Counted from the first letter of the stretch, positions 38,845 to 51,393 are shown. The stretch is DNA of 64,000 nucleotides from Hypanus sabinus (GCF_030144855.1 NC_082719.1:77066001-77130000), one strand, 5' to 3'. The notes: generated by a model not told the origin, from the letters alone. Program-made: numbers and translations.

Positions 38845-39205
38845 AAAGTAGAGAAGGAGGGGTCTGTGCGTTAGTAGGGAAAGAACATTGCACCTACATA
38901 CCCAATGCTTCAGAAAATATGACCCATGTCTTAGAACTTATGACCCAGCTGCGAGATGGAATGCATAGATTGAACTCTCAAGCCCCTCCAGAAGGGTTAA
39001 ATCAGTGTTAGGAGAAGGAATATTTTCCTGGCTATAGCTCCTCTTTTACGGCCTCATTGCCCTGGCCTGCTTAGCGGTGGTAGTTCACTGTGTCATACAA
39101 CTATGCATTTGCTGGGTCCGCGCCCGCACGAAGTCTAAGTCAGGGGAGACTGTAGCATTACTCTATGCGCGATCTCACATCACGGGAGATGGGAAAAAAA
39201 AGAGG
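38845..39205 (+). pseudogene. env: ERV env remnant 1 (TM C-terminal half)
   Basis: EGGVCALVGKEHCTYIPNAS, heptad, then (frameshift) GIFSWL*LLFYGLIALACLAVVVHCVIQLCICW membrane anchor and basic tail. Confidence 0.8.
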
Positions 39206-39219
39206 ATAGTTATGACGAA

Positions 39220-39651
39220 GAGGAATGTTGTACTTATATTCCCGATGGCACAGAAAGCATAACTGACTTAGGTCAACACATTTTGGAGAAGGTTAAGGAG
39301 ATTAGGAAGGTGGGAAAACAGCTTGAAAACTTTAACAGTGGAGGATCTTGGTGGGAAGGAATATGGGGATGGCATTTTGGCTGGGGAAGCCAGATAACTC
39401 GTGGAATAATTGTAGTGGTAATGATATGTGTTTTAGGGTGCTGTGTATGTGGAGCACTGAGGTTGTGCTGTTATCAGTTGATAAAGAGGACTTTGTCTGG
39501 CCCCGAGGGTGTCCCGATGATATCCCAGATAAAGCTAGCAAGGAGCACTGGTGGGGTGAAGAGGTGTACCTGGGGAAGGAAAGACCCTTCCCCTGTGGAT
39601 ATGAGCCCCCTTATGAGGAACAGGAGGAAATACCACAGTAAGAAATGTTAA
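39220..39651 (+). pseudogene. env: ERV env remnant 2 (second, distinct TM C-terminal half)
   Basis: EECCTYIPDGTESITDL, heptad, SWWEGIWGWHFGWG, IIVVVMICVLGCCVCGAL anchor, cytoplasmic tail ending near the PPT. Confidence 0.85.
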
Positions 39652-39676
39652 TCTAGAAGATTAACAAGGAGGGAAC

Positions 39677-40178
39677 TGTGGAAGAAAAATAATAAGACAT
39701 TGTGATGAGCGTTAAATGGTTAATGACCTCCTAGTATGTGAATTCAAAGTCACTTATCTGTGACTAACATACACCTTGTGACTGAAATGTGCTTTGTAGA
39801 TGGGATGGGAAAATAACTATGTCTGTACTTCACTGTTCTAAGAATCATCACATGTCTGCAGTTGGGAAAGCCTGATATACTGTCTTGGGAACGAACACTT
39901 AAGAAAAAGTATAACGACTTAAGGACATATAATGCAACTTTGCTATTCTAACGAGTGGTAGTTGAAGTTCCCTTCTTTTTCAGATTTAAGTGCTTCTTGT
40001 CACATACACCTGGGGTATAAATAAGAGTGTAATCCATTGTTGAGTAGAGTCTCAGAACTCCGCTGTTGCAGTCTGGGCTCTCTATGATATCATGTCATAA
40101 AACTCTTTAGTCTGAAACAATTCTCTGCGTCGGTCTGATCTATTCTGTCTGCTGCTCCTGAGATTTTTTTCCACAACA
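39677..40178 (+). repeat. ERV 3' LTR
   Basis: Direct repeat of the 5' LTR, preceded by polypurine tract AAGGAGGGAA, followed by TSD GGCTG. Confidence 0.95.
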
Positions 40179-40259
40179 GGCTGAGAGGAAAATTGGACGG
40201 AGCAGACACATTGGGCCCAATCACCTAATTGTGCTCCTACATCTTCTGGCCGAAAGATT

Positions 40260-40680
40260 TCAGCTTTCGTTCTTAACCTATGACTTCAAATTCTAGTCTC
40301 AACCAACATGAGGGATAAAAGCCTGCATGCATTTACCCTATCTATATGCCTCAATTTTATCACAGCTCCATAAGATCTCCCCTCATTCAAACTTTCCTTG
40401 TAACTCATGTCAAGTCCCGGCAACATCTGCGTAAATTTTCTCTGTATTCTTTCAAACTTATTGAGATGCATCCTATAGGTAGGTGACCAGATTGCACACA
40501 AATCGTCCTAATTTGGTCCCATCAATGTATACAACTTCAGCATAACATTCCAGCACCTGTATTTAATGTCCTGATTCATGAAGCTCCTCTGCCAAAAGCT
40601 CTCTTCATGACCCTATCTACCTGTGGTGCCATTTTCAAAGTAGTATGGATCTGTATTCCCAGCTCTCTTTGTCCTACAAT
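40260..40680 (-). mobile_element. CR1 fragment
   Basis: WSPTYRMHLNKFERIQRKFTQMLPGL. Confidence 0.75.
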
Positions 40681-41588
40681 GAGGTGTATGCTTGTAGGAA
40701 TATTTAACAGGCTAGTTCATAGTGTTTCCGAAGTGACTAATGACAAACATGAGAACTGTAGAACAATTGGTTAAGTGGTGGCCAGCTGGGCTAATGGCTG
40801 GGTGTTTATGGAGTGGCATATTCCTCCACACCTGGATCTACCTATCGTGCATCAGTTCTGCCTCTTCCATGGAGTCTCTATTTGCTCTCAATGCATCACT
40901 TTGAAATCCTCAATACCATTCTGAATGTTCACCTCTACTTTGAGATGGGCAGTGAATCTTAGTTTGTGGGAAATGTTGCTGTTCTTCAAGTGGGCTTTAA
41001 GGATATCTTTGAACCCTTTGTGTATCTGGTAATCCCTTCATATTACTAGAAAAGTCTTGGCAGAGCAGCACTATCAACAGGTACCATTTCAGATCTGAGA
41101 CCCTGAGGTTCTAGTGGACCATAAAGGTTAACTGTTCCTTTCCACAGAAAGAAACAATTAATATTTATAGTCTACTAGGGCCTTAAGGACTTGAAATAGT
41201 AACAGCTTATATATCCTGCTTAACCTAATAAGTGTTCCAGCATTTTCCGCTTTTATTTCAGTTTGAGTTTTTACAGCTTTCTTATTTTCTTCCATGGAGC
41301 TCAGAAGAGTGCCTGTTTCAAGAGTTTGGTGTTGGGCATTCAAAAAATGTAACTTGCCAAACACTGTCAACTGTTGTAAAATGGATCCTCAATAATAGGT
41401 TTCAATACTTTTCCTCTTTCTGAAGAACTGATTCCCGAATCATAATGTGGATATACGTGCATTAAGGCTCAAACAATGTATCTTTTCTGCAAGTAGAGAA
41501 CCCAAGAATATTTAAAAATAGGCAATAGCAATTAATAATACAAAACCTATAAATGCTCATCAACACATCTATTTTAACACAAACATAC

Positions 41589-41747
41589 CTTTTTGCTTTC
41601 AGTACATATAACACTGCCCGAAGAAAAAGCTCATCAAATTCCACTTGCAGCTTTTCAAGAGAGTAAAATTGGTTCATCTTTATTCCATGTTTTTTGTGGA
41701 AAGCTGCAAACTGAGCCCAGTGGTTACTTACGTAACAAATTGTTCTC
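41589..41747 (-). CDS. EPG5: EPG5 exon 10
   Basis: [38 protein letters not shown]; AG/GT, 159 nt. Confidence 0.95.
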
Positions 41748-41899
41748 CTAGTGATTAAGTTGAAAATAGATTACATCCATAAAAATGAGAAAAGGATTAA
41801 CTAAAAAAAAGAAACATTAAAACAATCTAATTGTTAGAATCTGAAATCAATGAGGAATCTAGGAACATTAGCAGACCAGATTGCTTTGATCCCCTTATT

Positions 41900-42830
41900 T
41901 AAGTCTGCTGATGATACCACTTTTGTTGCCTGGTGACATACTGTATCAGCATATAGGAAGGAGTTTGAAAATCTGGCTGTGTGGTGCCCCACCACAACTT
42001 CTCACTCAAAGTTAGTGAGACCGAAGAGCCGATTATTGACTTCAGGGGGAGGAAACTGGAGGTCCATGAGTCAGTACTTAACTGAGGATCAGAGGTGGAG
42101 AGGAAACTTTAAATTCCTCGGTCTTATCATTTCAGAGGAACTGTCCTGGGTCCAGCAAGCAAGTTCAATTAGGAAGAAAGCATGGCAGCGTATACTTCCT
42201 TAGAAATTTGCGAAGATTTGGCATGACATCTAAAACTTCAACTAACATCTACAGATGTGTGGTAGAGAGTATAAATGACTGATTGCATCACGACCTGGTA
42301 TGGAAACACTTCGAAAGAAAAAGCTACAAAAAGTAGTGGATATGGCCTAGTCCATCAGGGTAGCCCTCCCCACCATTGGGCACATCTACATGGAATGCTG
42401 TAACAGGAAAGCAACATCCATCATCAAGGACCCCCAATACCTGGAAGTTATAAAGGAGCCTCAGGGCCCACACTACCAGGTTCAGGAATCGTTATTACCC
42501 CTTAACCATCAGGCTCTTGAACCAGTGGGGATAACTTCACTCGCCCCATCACTGAAATGTTCCCTCTGCCTATGGACTCACTTTCAAGGGCTCTTCATCT
42601 CAGCTGCTTGAGATTTATCGCTTATTTATTATTAGTACTTTTCTGTTTTCCTTCGTACTTGCATAGTTTGTTGCCTTTTGCACATTGGTTGTCTATCCAT
42701 CCTCTTAGGTGTGATCTTTCATTGATTCTATTATGTTTCCTGGATTTACTAAGTACACCCACAAGAAAATGAATCTGAGGGTTGTAGATGGTGCATATAC
42801 TGTTTGCACTCAGATAATAAATTTACTTTG
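41900..42830 (+). mobile_element. Rex1/Babar-like LINE 3' fragment
   Basis: NFKFLGLIISEELSW; 3' end GATAATAAATTTACTTTGA. Confidence 0.8.
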
Positions 42831-44199
42831 AGATTCTTGTCCTATGACCCATCCTCACCTGGATCCACCCATCAATTACCAGTTCTTACTGCTCCCCCTC
42901 CCCTCATCTTTTTATACTGCTTATTTTCTCTGTCTTTCAGTTGTGACAAAGTGCTTCAATCCAAAACATTGACTGCTCATTTCCCTCCACAGATGCTGCC
43001 TAACCCCCCGAGTCCCTCAAGCTGTTAGTTTTTGTTTCTCTTACAGCCCCAACCTTGTAATATTTCCCTTCCGCTATTACTTTTCCAAGCTTTGGTAAAT
43101 TTAATATTGTTTCTTGTGGAGTAGATAAAGTTACTACACATTACATGTACTTTCAGAAGGTATTTTTGAAGTTCACTTGTAAGACTCCTGATGCAAGCAC
43201 TTAACCTTGTCATGAGGAGGTTTATCCCAGATTTCAATATTCAGTTCAGATTCAACAAACATGATGCAGGAGGAACTCGGGGTCAGGCAGCATCTATGGA
43301 GGCAATGGACAGTCAACATTTCGGGTTAAGACCCTTCAGCTAGACTGAAAGATAGAGGGAAGATAGCCAACTAAAAAGGTGGATGGAAGGAGTGGAGGAA
43401 CAGCAAGATAGGTTGGGCTAGGTGAGGTGAGATGACAGGCAGATGGAGAAGGTGCAAGTTGACAGGTGGGAGCCATAAAGGCCTGAAGTGGAATCATAGG
43501 AGAGGAAGGTGGGTCATGGAATGCATTGAGGGAGGTCGAAGACTAGTTTTATTTGTGATATATACAGACAATGCGGAGTTCAATAAACTTAATTCCCAAA
43601 ATTTGATAGGAAATTAAAACCAGATTTGTGAAAACATTCTTAATCCTAAATTTAACAATTTTCCATCAAAACAAATGATACTGTGTGATCTCAGTCTTTC
43701 TGAATTACATAAAATCACTCTCACAAAAACATGAAAAAGAGCCAATTGACTTTGCTTAATTTTCTGGCCCTCCCTTTACAGGGAAAGTTTGTCTGTGTGG
43801 AAAAAAAGATAAACAATTAACATTTGATTACCAACGACAAATTGGCATGTATCATTCTGGTTTTAAATGAAGGATTACAGGATGAAAACAATCAATCAGG
43901 TATTCTGGATAACTCAGCAAAAATGGCTCAGAGCATAATCACCAAAATGAAACCAACAAATAGAATGGTTCACTAGGTTCCCAGTTTACCAAGTTTCATC
44001 TTGACCTATGGCTGGATAGATACGAATTGGTTTGTCTTTTGTCTAATGAATGCCATATCAGAAAGAGTAGGAAAAATGACTCAACTAAAGTGAGCAAAGA
44101 TATATTGTCCCTAACTGTGAATGACAGGATGCAAGTAGACTGCTTCTTCTATCTGAAAATTTTAGAATCAGGGATCACAGTTTCCAAACAAGGGATCGG

Positions 44200-44770
44200 G
44201 ATTTGTTAATTATTGCCACATGTACTGAGATAGTGATATTTCTGTGGCATGCTATTCATACAGATCATTTAAAACTCAAGTACATTGAGGTACTACGAGG
44301 GAAAACACCAAAATGCAGCATATATTGTTAGAGTTACAGCAAAAGTGCACTCCAGGTTGACATTAAGGTGCAAAGTCCATGAAAGGTAGATTATGAAGTT
44401 AAGAGTTCACCTTTATCATACAAAATGTCTGTTTAACAGTGAGATTGAGGCCATTCTTGACCCTAGTGGTTCAAGAGCAGCTTCTGCTCAGATGCCTGAG
44501 CTGACTTTGATTATGTTGGCTGTTCTTCCGAGGCAGCTAAAAGTATATACAGAGTCTATGCGGGAGTGGCTGGCATTTGTGATAGACCACACTGTAACCA
44601 CCACTCGGCGATTTTTGTGGTCTTGGGCTGAGCAAGTCGACATAACAAGCTGTGATGACTCTGGATAGGACACCTTCCATGCTGTATTTATAAAAATTGG
44701 TTGGGGCAAGTGGAGGTATACCAAATTTCCTTAGCCATTTGAGGAAACAGAAGCGCTGCTGTGCTTTAAA
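44200..44770 (-). mobile_element. Decayed Rex1-like LINE 3' fragment
   Basis: SAQDHKNRRVV..CLGRTANIIK similar to other Rex1 copies. Confidence 0.6.
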
Positions 44771-45947
44771 AGATGGACAATGTAGGTTTAAGATTCAGAA
44801 AAGGTTCTCAAGATCATTGAGGTCTTATTCAAAACATAGATGAATAGATTTCTGAATAAGGAATTGAGGGCTATTGGGATAGTGTAGGCAAAGGTCAGTG
44901 AGATGGATCAGCCATGATCTTAACTGTGCAACACCTTTGAAGGGCTGTACTATTTCTAAATAGGCTGTTATTTCTTATGCTCTCCAGTTTCATCCCAACC
45001 CTTAAATTCAAATTCTCTTTTAACTTAAAAAACAGTTCAAGTGTAGAAAAGCTGTCACATGTTTACCTAATAAAATCAGTCTATGATCCAGCACTGAATG
45101 TACAAATTGAAGTCAATTCCCTTAAGGTGCAAATAAAATTTCTGCTTAAATCCAAAATATAGTAAACTACAAGACTGAAAAAATTTAACCCAACTGAACA
45201 CTTCTTAAAATTTCAGCATTTTGGAATTTGAGGAATGTTTGCATAAAGCATTAAACGTGTAAATTGTAAAGAGGTAAGTTGTGTTTGGTCTCTGGAAAGA
45301 GAGGGTTTGATTAGCAGGCTAAAATATTTTTATCCATTTAATTATATTCTTGAAATAGAAAAGGAAAATCAAATAAAAACACCATCTCAGAACCTGATGC
45401 TGGTTCTGGTACCATCCCAGCTTTCACTCGCTGGGTTAAGGTTATAGACCCCAAGATGAGTGAGAAAACTGAAATGGAGAATTACACCATGCAAGTGGCA
45501 CTCCAAATATCTCTACTGCCTTAAAGTATTGTTGATTAGTGGAAGAAACAAGAACTACATTGGTTTAATGTTAATAAATGCCTGAAATTTAAAAAACTGT
45601 ATTAGTCTTTATATTCTTCCATTCCTTCATTTCTCCTCAGTTCTATAACTATTTACTGTCCTTTCTGATGTTTGGACACTAAGCTCTGATTGTTTCCTGT
45701 TAAAACTTTTAATCAAATTCTCTGCTCCTAAAACCTACCAAAACAAAATTTCCAGACACTTGTAATCTTTTTCTCATCAGAACACATTACGGACTTCATA
45801 TGTTGCCAGATTTCTCAATATTTCCAGGATTTTGTGCTTTCACTTCCTAATCTCTGTTTAGTGATAGAAGTACAATAAATAACATTACTTTTATTGCAAA
45901 ATTGCAGTGTCAAAAATATCTTTGACTTGAGACAATTTTTATCTTAC

Positions 45948-46098
45948 CTGATCATTTGACCAATCCTTTTCACAAATTGTCTATATCGTGCTCTATTAAA
46001 GGTTTCCAATCCCAAAGCTAGGAGGTCTATCAATGAAGATGCAAACCCAATGATTTTCATCATCTGATGACATGTGCTTTTCTCTGGACTGTATTCAC
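45948..46098 (-). CDS. EPG5: EPG5 exon 9
   Basis: [40 protein letters not shown]; AG/GT, 151 nt. Confidence 0.95.
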
Positions 46099-46309
46099 CT
46101 GCTCAACATATAAAAGTTAATGAAATACAATATTTTATAATGAATGTTATGATCGAATATTTCAATCTTAACTTTTTTCATTCACTTTACATGCCATCTA
46201 GCAAAATTTCAATTCATTGCACAATAATTTATAATAGTTTAAAACAGAATTACGTTTCACGCTTTTAAATATATTAAACTGAATGCACAGAAGTTACCTA
46301 TGTCAAGCA

Positions 46310-46950
46310 TATAATAGTGCAGCCCAGGAACAGACCCTTCAGCCCATCATGATTGCACTGAACACGACACCAAATTAAACTAACTACATCAACCTGCGTG
46401 TAGTCTTCATCCCTCCATTCCCTGCCCATTCATTTGCCTGACTGAATGCCTCTTAAACTTCGCTATCACATCTATTTCCACTACCTCCCTCGCTGTGTGC
46501 TCCTGACACCTACCACACTAGGTTAAAAAAAAACTTGGTTTGCAAATTTCTTCCAAACTTTGCTCCTCTCATATTGAACCTATTCCTTTTGATATTAGAT
46601 TTTACCGCCCAGTGAAAAAGCATACTATCCTATCAGCAAATTGATTAGTCTAAAACCAGAGGACACAGCCTCAGAATAGAGGGGCATCCTTTTAGAACAG
46701 AGATGAGGAGGAATTTTTTTAGCCAGATAGTGGTGAATCTGTGGAATCCGGTTGCCATAGGTGGCTGTGGAGGTCAAATCATTGGATATATTTAAAGCAG
46801 AGGTTGATAAGATTCTTGATTAGTCAGGGCATGAAGGGATACAGGAAAAGGCAGGGCATTTGCATTGAGAAGTAAATTGGATCAGCTATGATGAAATGGC
46901 AGAGCAGACTCAATGGGCCAAAGGGCCTAATTCTGATCCTGTTTCTTATT
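46310..46950. mobile_element. Two abutting CR1 3' fragments in opposite orientations
   Basis: 46650-46950 similar to 33290-33490; 46310-46630 similar to minus-strand CR1 ends. Confidence 0.7.
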
Positions 46951-47356
46951 ATTTTATATATTCTGTCAGGTCACCCCTTAGCCTCTACTGCTCCGGAGAA
47001 AACAATCCAAGTTCTTACAGAGATCACTCTTTGTTTTGTACAAGCTTTATAAAATACCTCAGAGGGAATTTTGCCTGTGAGAAGCTTAGGTACATATCAC
47101 TAATTGATTTCCGCTTGCTCACACTGCATAAGGCAGCAAGACAATAATGGCATACTGATCAGCTCAGAGCTGTGCACGTGTAAAAGTTTTCAAAGATGCT
47201 GACAGTATAAAAAGTAATAGAAGCAAATTTTGGTACTTTTGCATTTCGTCATTGTCTTCCCAAAAAATGTGGGCTAATGTGGTCTTGTAATGGCAAAGTT
47301 ATCCAACTTAAGTATAAAAATTAAATAGCTTTTATAGGGAAATGCAGTGTTATTAC

Positions 47357-47471
47357 CTTTGATAGTTATCCCAAACATTTGTTTAAACAGTTCATCAAAA
47401 GGAAACTGCAACAGAAGGGTAATCAAATCATCCTCTGACAATAGTTGCCAACTGGTGTCAGGATCTTCGTC
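47357..47471 (-). CDS. EPG5: EPG5 exon 8 (LIR-like WQLL)
   Basis: [34 protein letters not shown]; AG/GT, 115 nt. Confidence 0.95.
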
Positions 47472-47939
47472 CTAGATTTGGAATCAAAAATGAAAAATGT
47501 CACTGTACATTTATTCAATAAAATATTCAATTTGTTTAAGACAGTAAATGATTCTTTGTATATACGGCATGTTCAAATTTCTTAAGTTTCACTTTTGAAG
47601 TAAAATTTAATCCAGCTGTTCAGATTATGTAACTGTTGAGTAGTTTGCTCCAAGATTGTAAATTCAGCACAGTAGATGCATAGGCACAAGTAAAAAGAAT
47701 TTTAAAATATTTTTGTAGCAGATTTAAATCATAAGAATAATGAACTGATAATCAATGCATTCAAAGAAGGTCTTTTACACTTGAGTATCATGCACTTGAT
47801 TTAAGCTCACTGCCTACAATGCTGAAGCTCCTTTTCCAAGTCAACTAGATGAAAGAGTGCATTGAAGATCATGAGAAATTAAGAATAGGAAGAAAAAAAT
47901 TTCAAGAGTTGAGTGAAGGCTCGGAGTAAGGATAGGAAA

Positions 47940-48480
47940 AATAAAAAAAATAAGGTGCCTCAAACAGTCTATGAGGAGGGTGTCATCATTTTCCTGCCTA
48001 TAAGTTGACTCATTATAGAGCCCAAAGATCGAAGGTAAGAATGGCCTCATATAGCACTCTTTGGAGCAGCGCAGTTGTCTAAGTCTATTACTAAAAGTGC
48101 TCCTCTGTTCATCCAAGATGGCATACAGAGGGTGCAAAACATTGTCCAGAATTGCCAGGATTTTCCATAGGGACCTTTGCTCTAACACAGCCTACAGTGT
48201 GTCCAGTTTGACTCCTGTAACTGAATCAGCCTTTCTAATCAGTTTATTGAGCCTGTTGGCATCACCTGTGTTGATGCTATTGCCCCAGTACATCACCGCA
48301 TAGAAGATTGTACTGGCAACAATAGACTGGTAGAACATGCGAAGGAGAGGCCTGCACACCCCAAAGGTCCTCAGGAAGTACAGGCAACTCTGGCTTTCTT
48401 GTACACAGCCTCTGTGTTGGTGCTCCACTCAAGTCTGTCCTTCAGGTGCACACACAGGTACTTGTAGGTCACTGCTCTGG
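47940..48480 (-). mobile_element. Rex1-like LINE 3' fragment (second subfamily)
   Basis: FYQSIVASTIFYAVMYWG..NRLNKLIRKA; inverted copy at 58890-59430. Confidence 0.8.
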
Positions 48481-49711
48481 TGAGGAACAGCTTCTTCCCC
48501 TCTGCTGTCAGATCTCCAAATGGTCAATAAACATTGCTTAATTATTCTCTTTTGTTATACCATTTTGTAATTTCGAGCAGTTTTGTGTCTTTGTGCAGCA
48601 GAAAAACAAATTTCACAACATACACATCAGTAATTCTGATTCAATTGTTGGATTGGTGGAACCTGTTCCTAAGGGTGGACTGGGTCAAAGACCGAGTCTC
48701 AGCAATTCGAGCAAAACGAGAGGAGTAAAGCGGTTCATCCTGTTCACTCACTAGACATCACCGAAGGATAAAGCTAAGGAATTACACAGTTGGTTCTCAA
48801 CAAGAATCACAAGACCCACTCGACTATCCACTAGTATAAAATGATTTTAAAAAGAACAGGAAGTGTTTATGTATTTTAAGCTACTTTACCCAGAAATGTA
48901 AGTATATTTTAATATTTTATATAATTGAAAAAATTTGCCATCCATTATTTATCCATTGTGAAACGGTTTGCAAATATTAACACACACAATGACTTCATTT
49001 GAAAATATTTAAAATGTGTTAATAAAGCAGTTTTGTTTCTAGGTGTATATAAAAAAAATTTGCACAAGGTATTTTGTGACCATGTCATAATTGTTAATTT
49101 TCTATACTTAAAATTATTAAACTATTTGAAAAAAATCCTTACCAAAACAATGCCAGAAAACAATTTCAATCGTTTATTTGAACAGCTAAAACTCTTTCCA
49201 CTTTTCCTCTTTCTCTTTCCACAGCTGCTGCCTGCATTATTGAGCATTTCCAACATTTTTTCTTTTTATTTTGGGTCTCTGGTATCTGAATTTTACTTTT
49301 TAATCACCATCTTTGTCAAGCCTACTCTCTATATATCCTTTGCAATAGTTTAGTTGCAAGTTCACTAATATTTGATAAATATCAACAAAATCAACACGTG
49401 TAAAATTTCTCTATTTATCAATCCCATGACCCTTCACTACATGCCCTGCAATTTTCACTTATTTTCACCTGCACTTGGATGTCTGTATGGCTGTAAAATT
49501 TAAATCAGCCATGAACCTGACTAGACCACGGTCAATCCAACCTGACCACACCCCACTCTAAGCTTCTCTGACACCTCAGCAAAATATGGAATTGGATTCA
49601 TCAAATAAGATATTTCTTTAAATAAACCATACTGGCCCTCCTTTGTTAACTCCGTCTTTTCCTCAATGCAAGGTTAAACATTAATAACATATAATTTAGA
49701 ATATTAAATAC

Positions 49712-49826
49712 CTCTTCTCCAGCTTCATCTACCAAGGTCCAGTTCTGTACATCTCTTTCTGTTGATACAGGTGAAAGTTGCTTTTGGTCACTGGGTTTCA
49801 TATGCACCAGAAACTCAGATCGATAC
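49712..49826 (-). CDS. EPG5: EPG5 exon 7 (LIR motif WTLV)
   Basis: YRSEFLVHMKPSDQK..NWTLVDEAGEE; AG/GT, 115 nt. Confidence 0.95.
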
Positions 49827-50357
49827 CTAGAATTGTTCAGAAACATTACATCTCAGGGCTGTAAAAACTATTTAAAAACAGTTGCATAAAGCATTACACC
49901 AAACTATGGCTTTTTAAAATATAAATAAAACTATTTCATAAGTAGTAGTTTTAAAATAATTCAGTGTTAGAAGGCAAGGTGGAAAAAACCTGCATTTCTG
50001 TACAAACTTGAATAAAAACATTGACTATCTTATTGGTTGGTACTTCTGAGGTCTGGTCAAAGCCAAAACTAAAAACCTTAGAGCATGGGGAATTAAAAAA
50101 AAGACCTACTGGAATAGGTAACTCCAGATTACAAATGAAAGTGTGCAATAATCAATGAAGGAATTATTAGATGTTGTTATTTTAGGAAAAAGCAAAATGA
50201 GGGTTGAATACTCACTGCTACTGATATCAGCTCTATTTCTCCCAGAGCACTTTACAAGATCATTCTTGTGGAATACAGTGTTAGGTCAGTATTAATTACA
50301 CTTTTCCAGCTCAGGTGTCATGGTAATTAATTATTTTGTGGTATTATTTCACTATTC

Positions 50358-50785
50358 CAGCTCCTGGCCTTCATGTGTGGCTTAGCTACAAAAACCGTGA
50401 AAGGCAAAGGCAGGTTACTGGCGCCTTAAAACCAGTCGCATTGTGCAGATGGCGCTCATTTAGGAGATGGAAAAATCTGATCTCAAACCTCTGCTGCCTT
50501 GTGGCTATACCCACTCATGGGAGAGGGTCCAGAGAAAGAAATCTGGAGCTGGAGTCCCTAAGGCAGTCCTACATTCAGATCAACGCTGACTGGCAATTGT
50601 TTCGACTCTGCTGCTACCAAACTGTATCAGTCTCTGCCGTTCCTTTGGGTTCATCAGCTGCGTGGAGAGGGGGAGCTTACTACATGGGCTTCAGCTTGCT
50701 CTCCATATCATACTACCCAGGCTTGCGTACCTAGACAGCTGGGGTGCAATATCCATGCTTGACTCTGACCGACGGAGGCCTCGCT
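50358..50785 (+). mobile_element. Short interspersed RTE/Vingi-like non-autonomous element
   Basis: GC-richer block (GGTTACTGGCGCCTTAAAACCAGTC..) resembling recalled chondrichthyan retroposon 5' ends. Confidence 0.4.
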
Positions 50786-51031
50786 CACAACACAATTCTT
50801 AATTCAATTTCATAATCACACTGGGGATTTCAATTCCCATCTGGATAGCCCTTCACAAAGATATATTAATGTAGTCCATAAAATGATTCCCCAAGTTGTG
50901 AGTATTGAGATAAGTCACTATTATGACTTGTATAGTGAATTATTTATTGATAAAGTACTAGCGCATGGGGAGACCATGATTTAAAAAAAATAGTATGCAT
51001 ATCAAGTAATTATAACAATAAAGATACTTAC

Positions 51032-51105
51032 TTGATTGGTGATAAAAGTAAAGCTAGGGCTTGCATAAAGAGAAAAACACCTGCAGGATTGTTCAACACT
51101 TCTAT
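51032..51105 (-). CDS. EPG5: EPG5 exon 6
   Basis: IEVLNNPAGVFLFMQALALLLSPIK; AG/GTAAGT, 74 nt. Confidence 0.95.
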
Positions 51106-51393
51106 CTGAAATCATGAGAAATGTTAAATAATCAAATCATTGCATACAAAATATATTGTAATCTGCAAGGTATAGAAGACAGTGTTACAATTTACACTGA
51201 TGATACTGATGCGGGTAGTAATAGCCATATTGGATTTGCCTCTGTTTTATGAATAGGATCACAATTAGGCAATTTTTCATATTGCTGGTAGTTATCAGTA
51301 TTGTAAATATAATGGAATACATGGACTGGAGTGTCAACTGGTTCTGGAGTACAAGCCAGGATATTGTCTGGTCCTATATATGGTTCCAATATT

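Larger units (their letters stand above)
33491..40178 (+). mobile_element. Defective class I (epsilon/gamma-like) endogenous retrovirus, antisense in EPG5 intron 10
   Basis: Two ~500-bp LTRs TGTGG..ACAACA, GGCTG TSD (33486-33490, 40179-40183), PBS, PPT, and remnants of gag, PR, RT, RNase H, IN and env TM. Confidence 0.95.
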
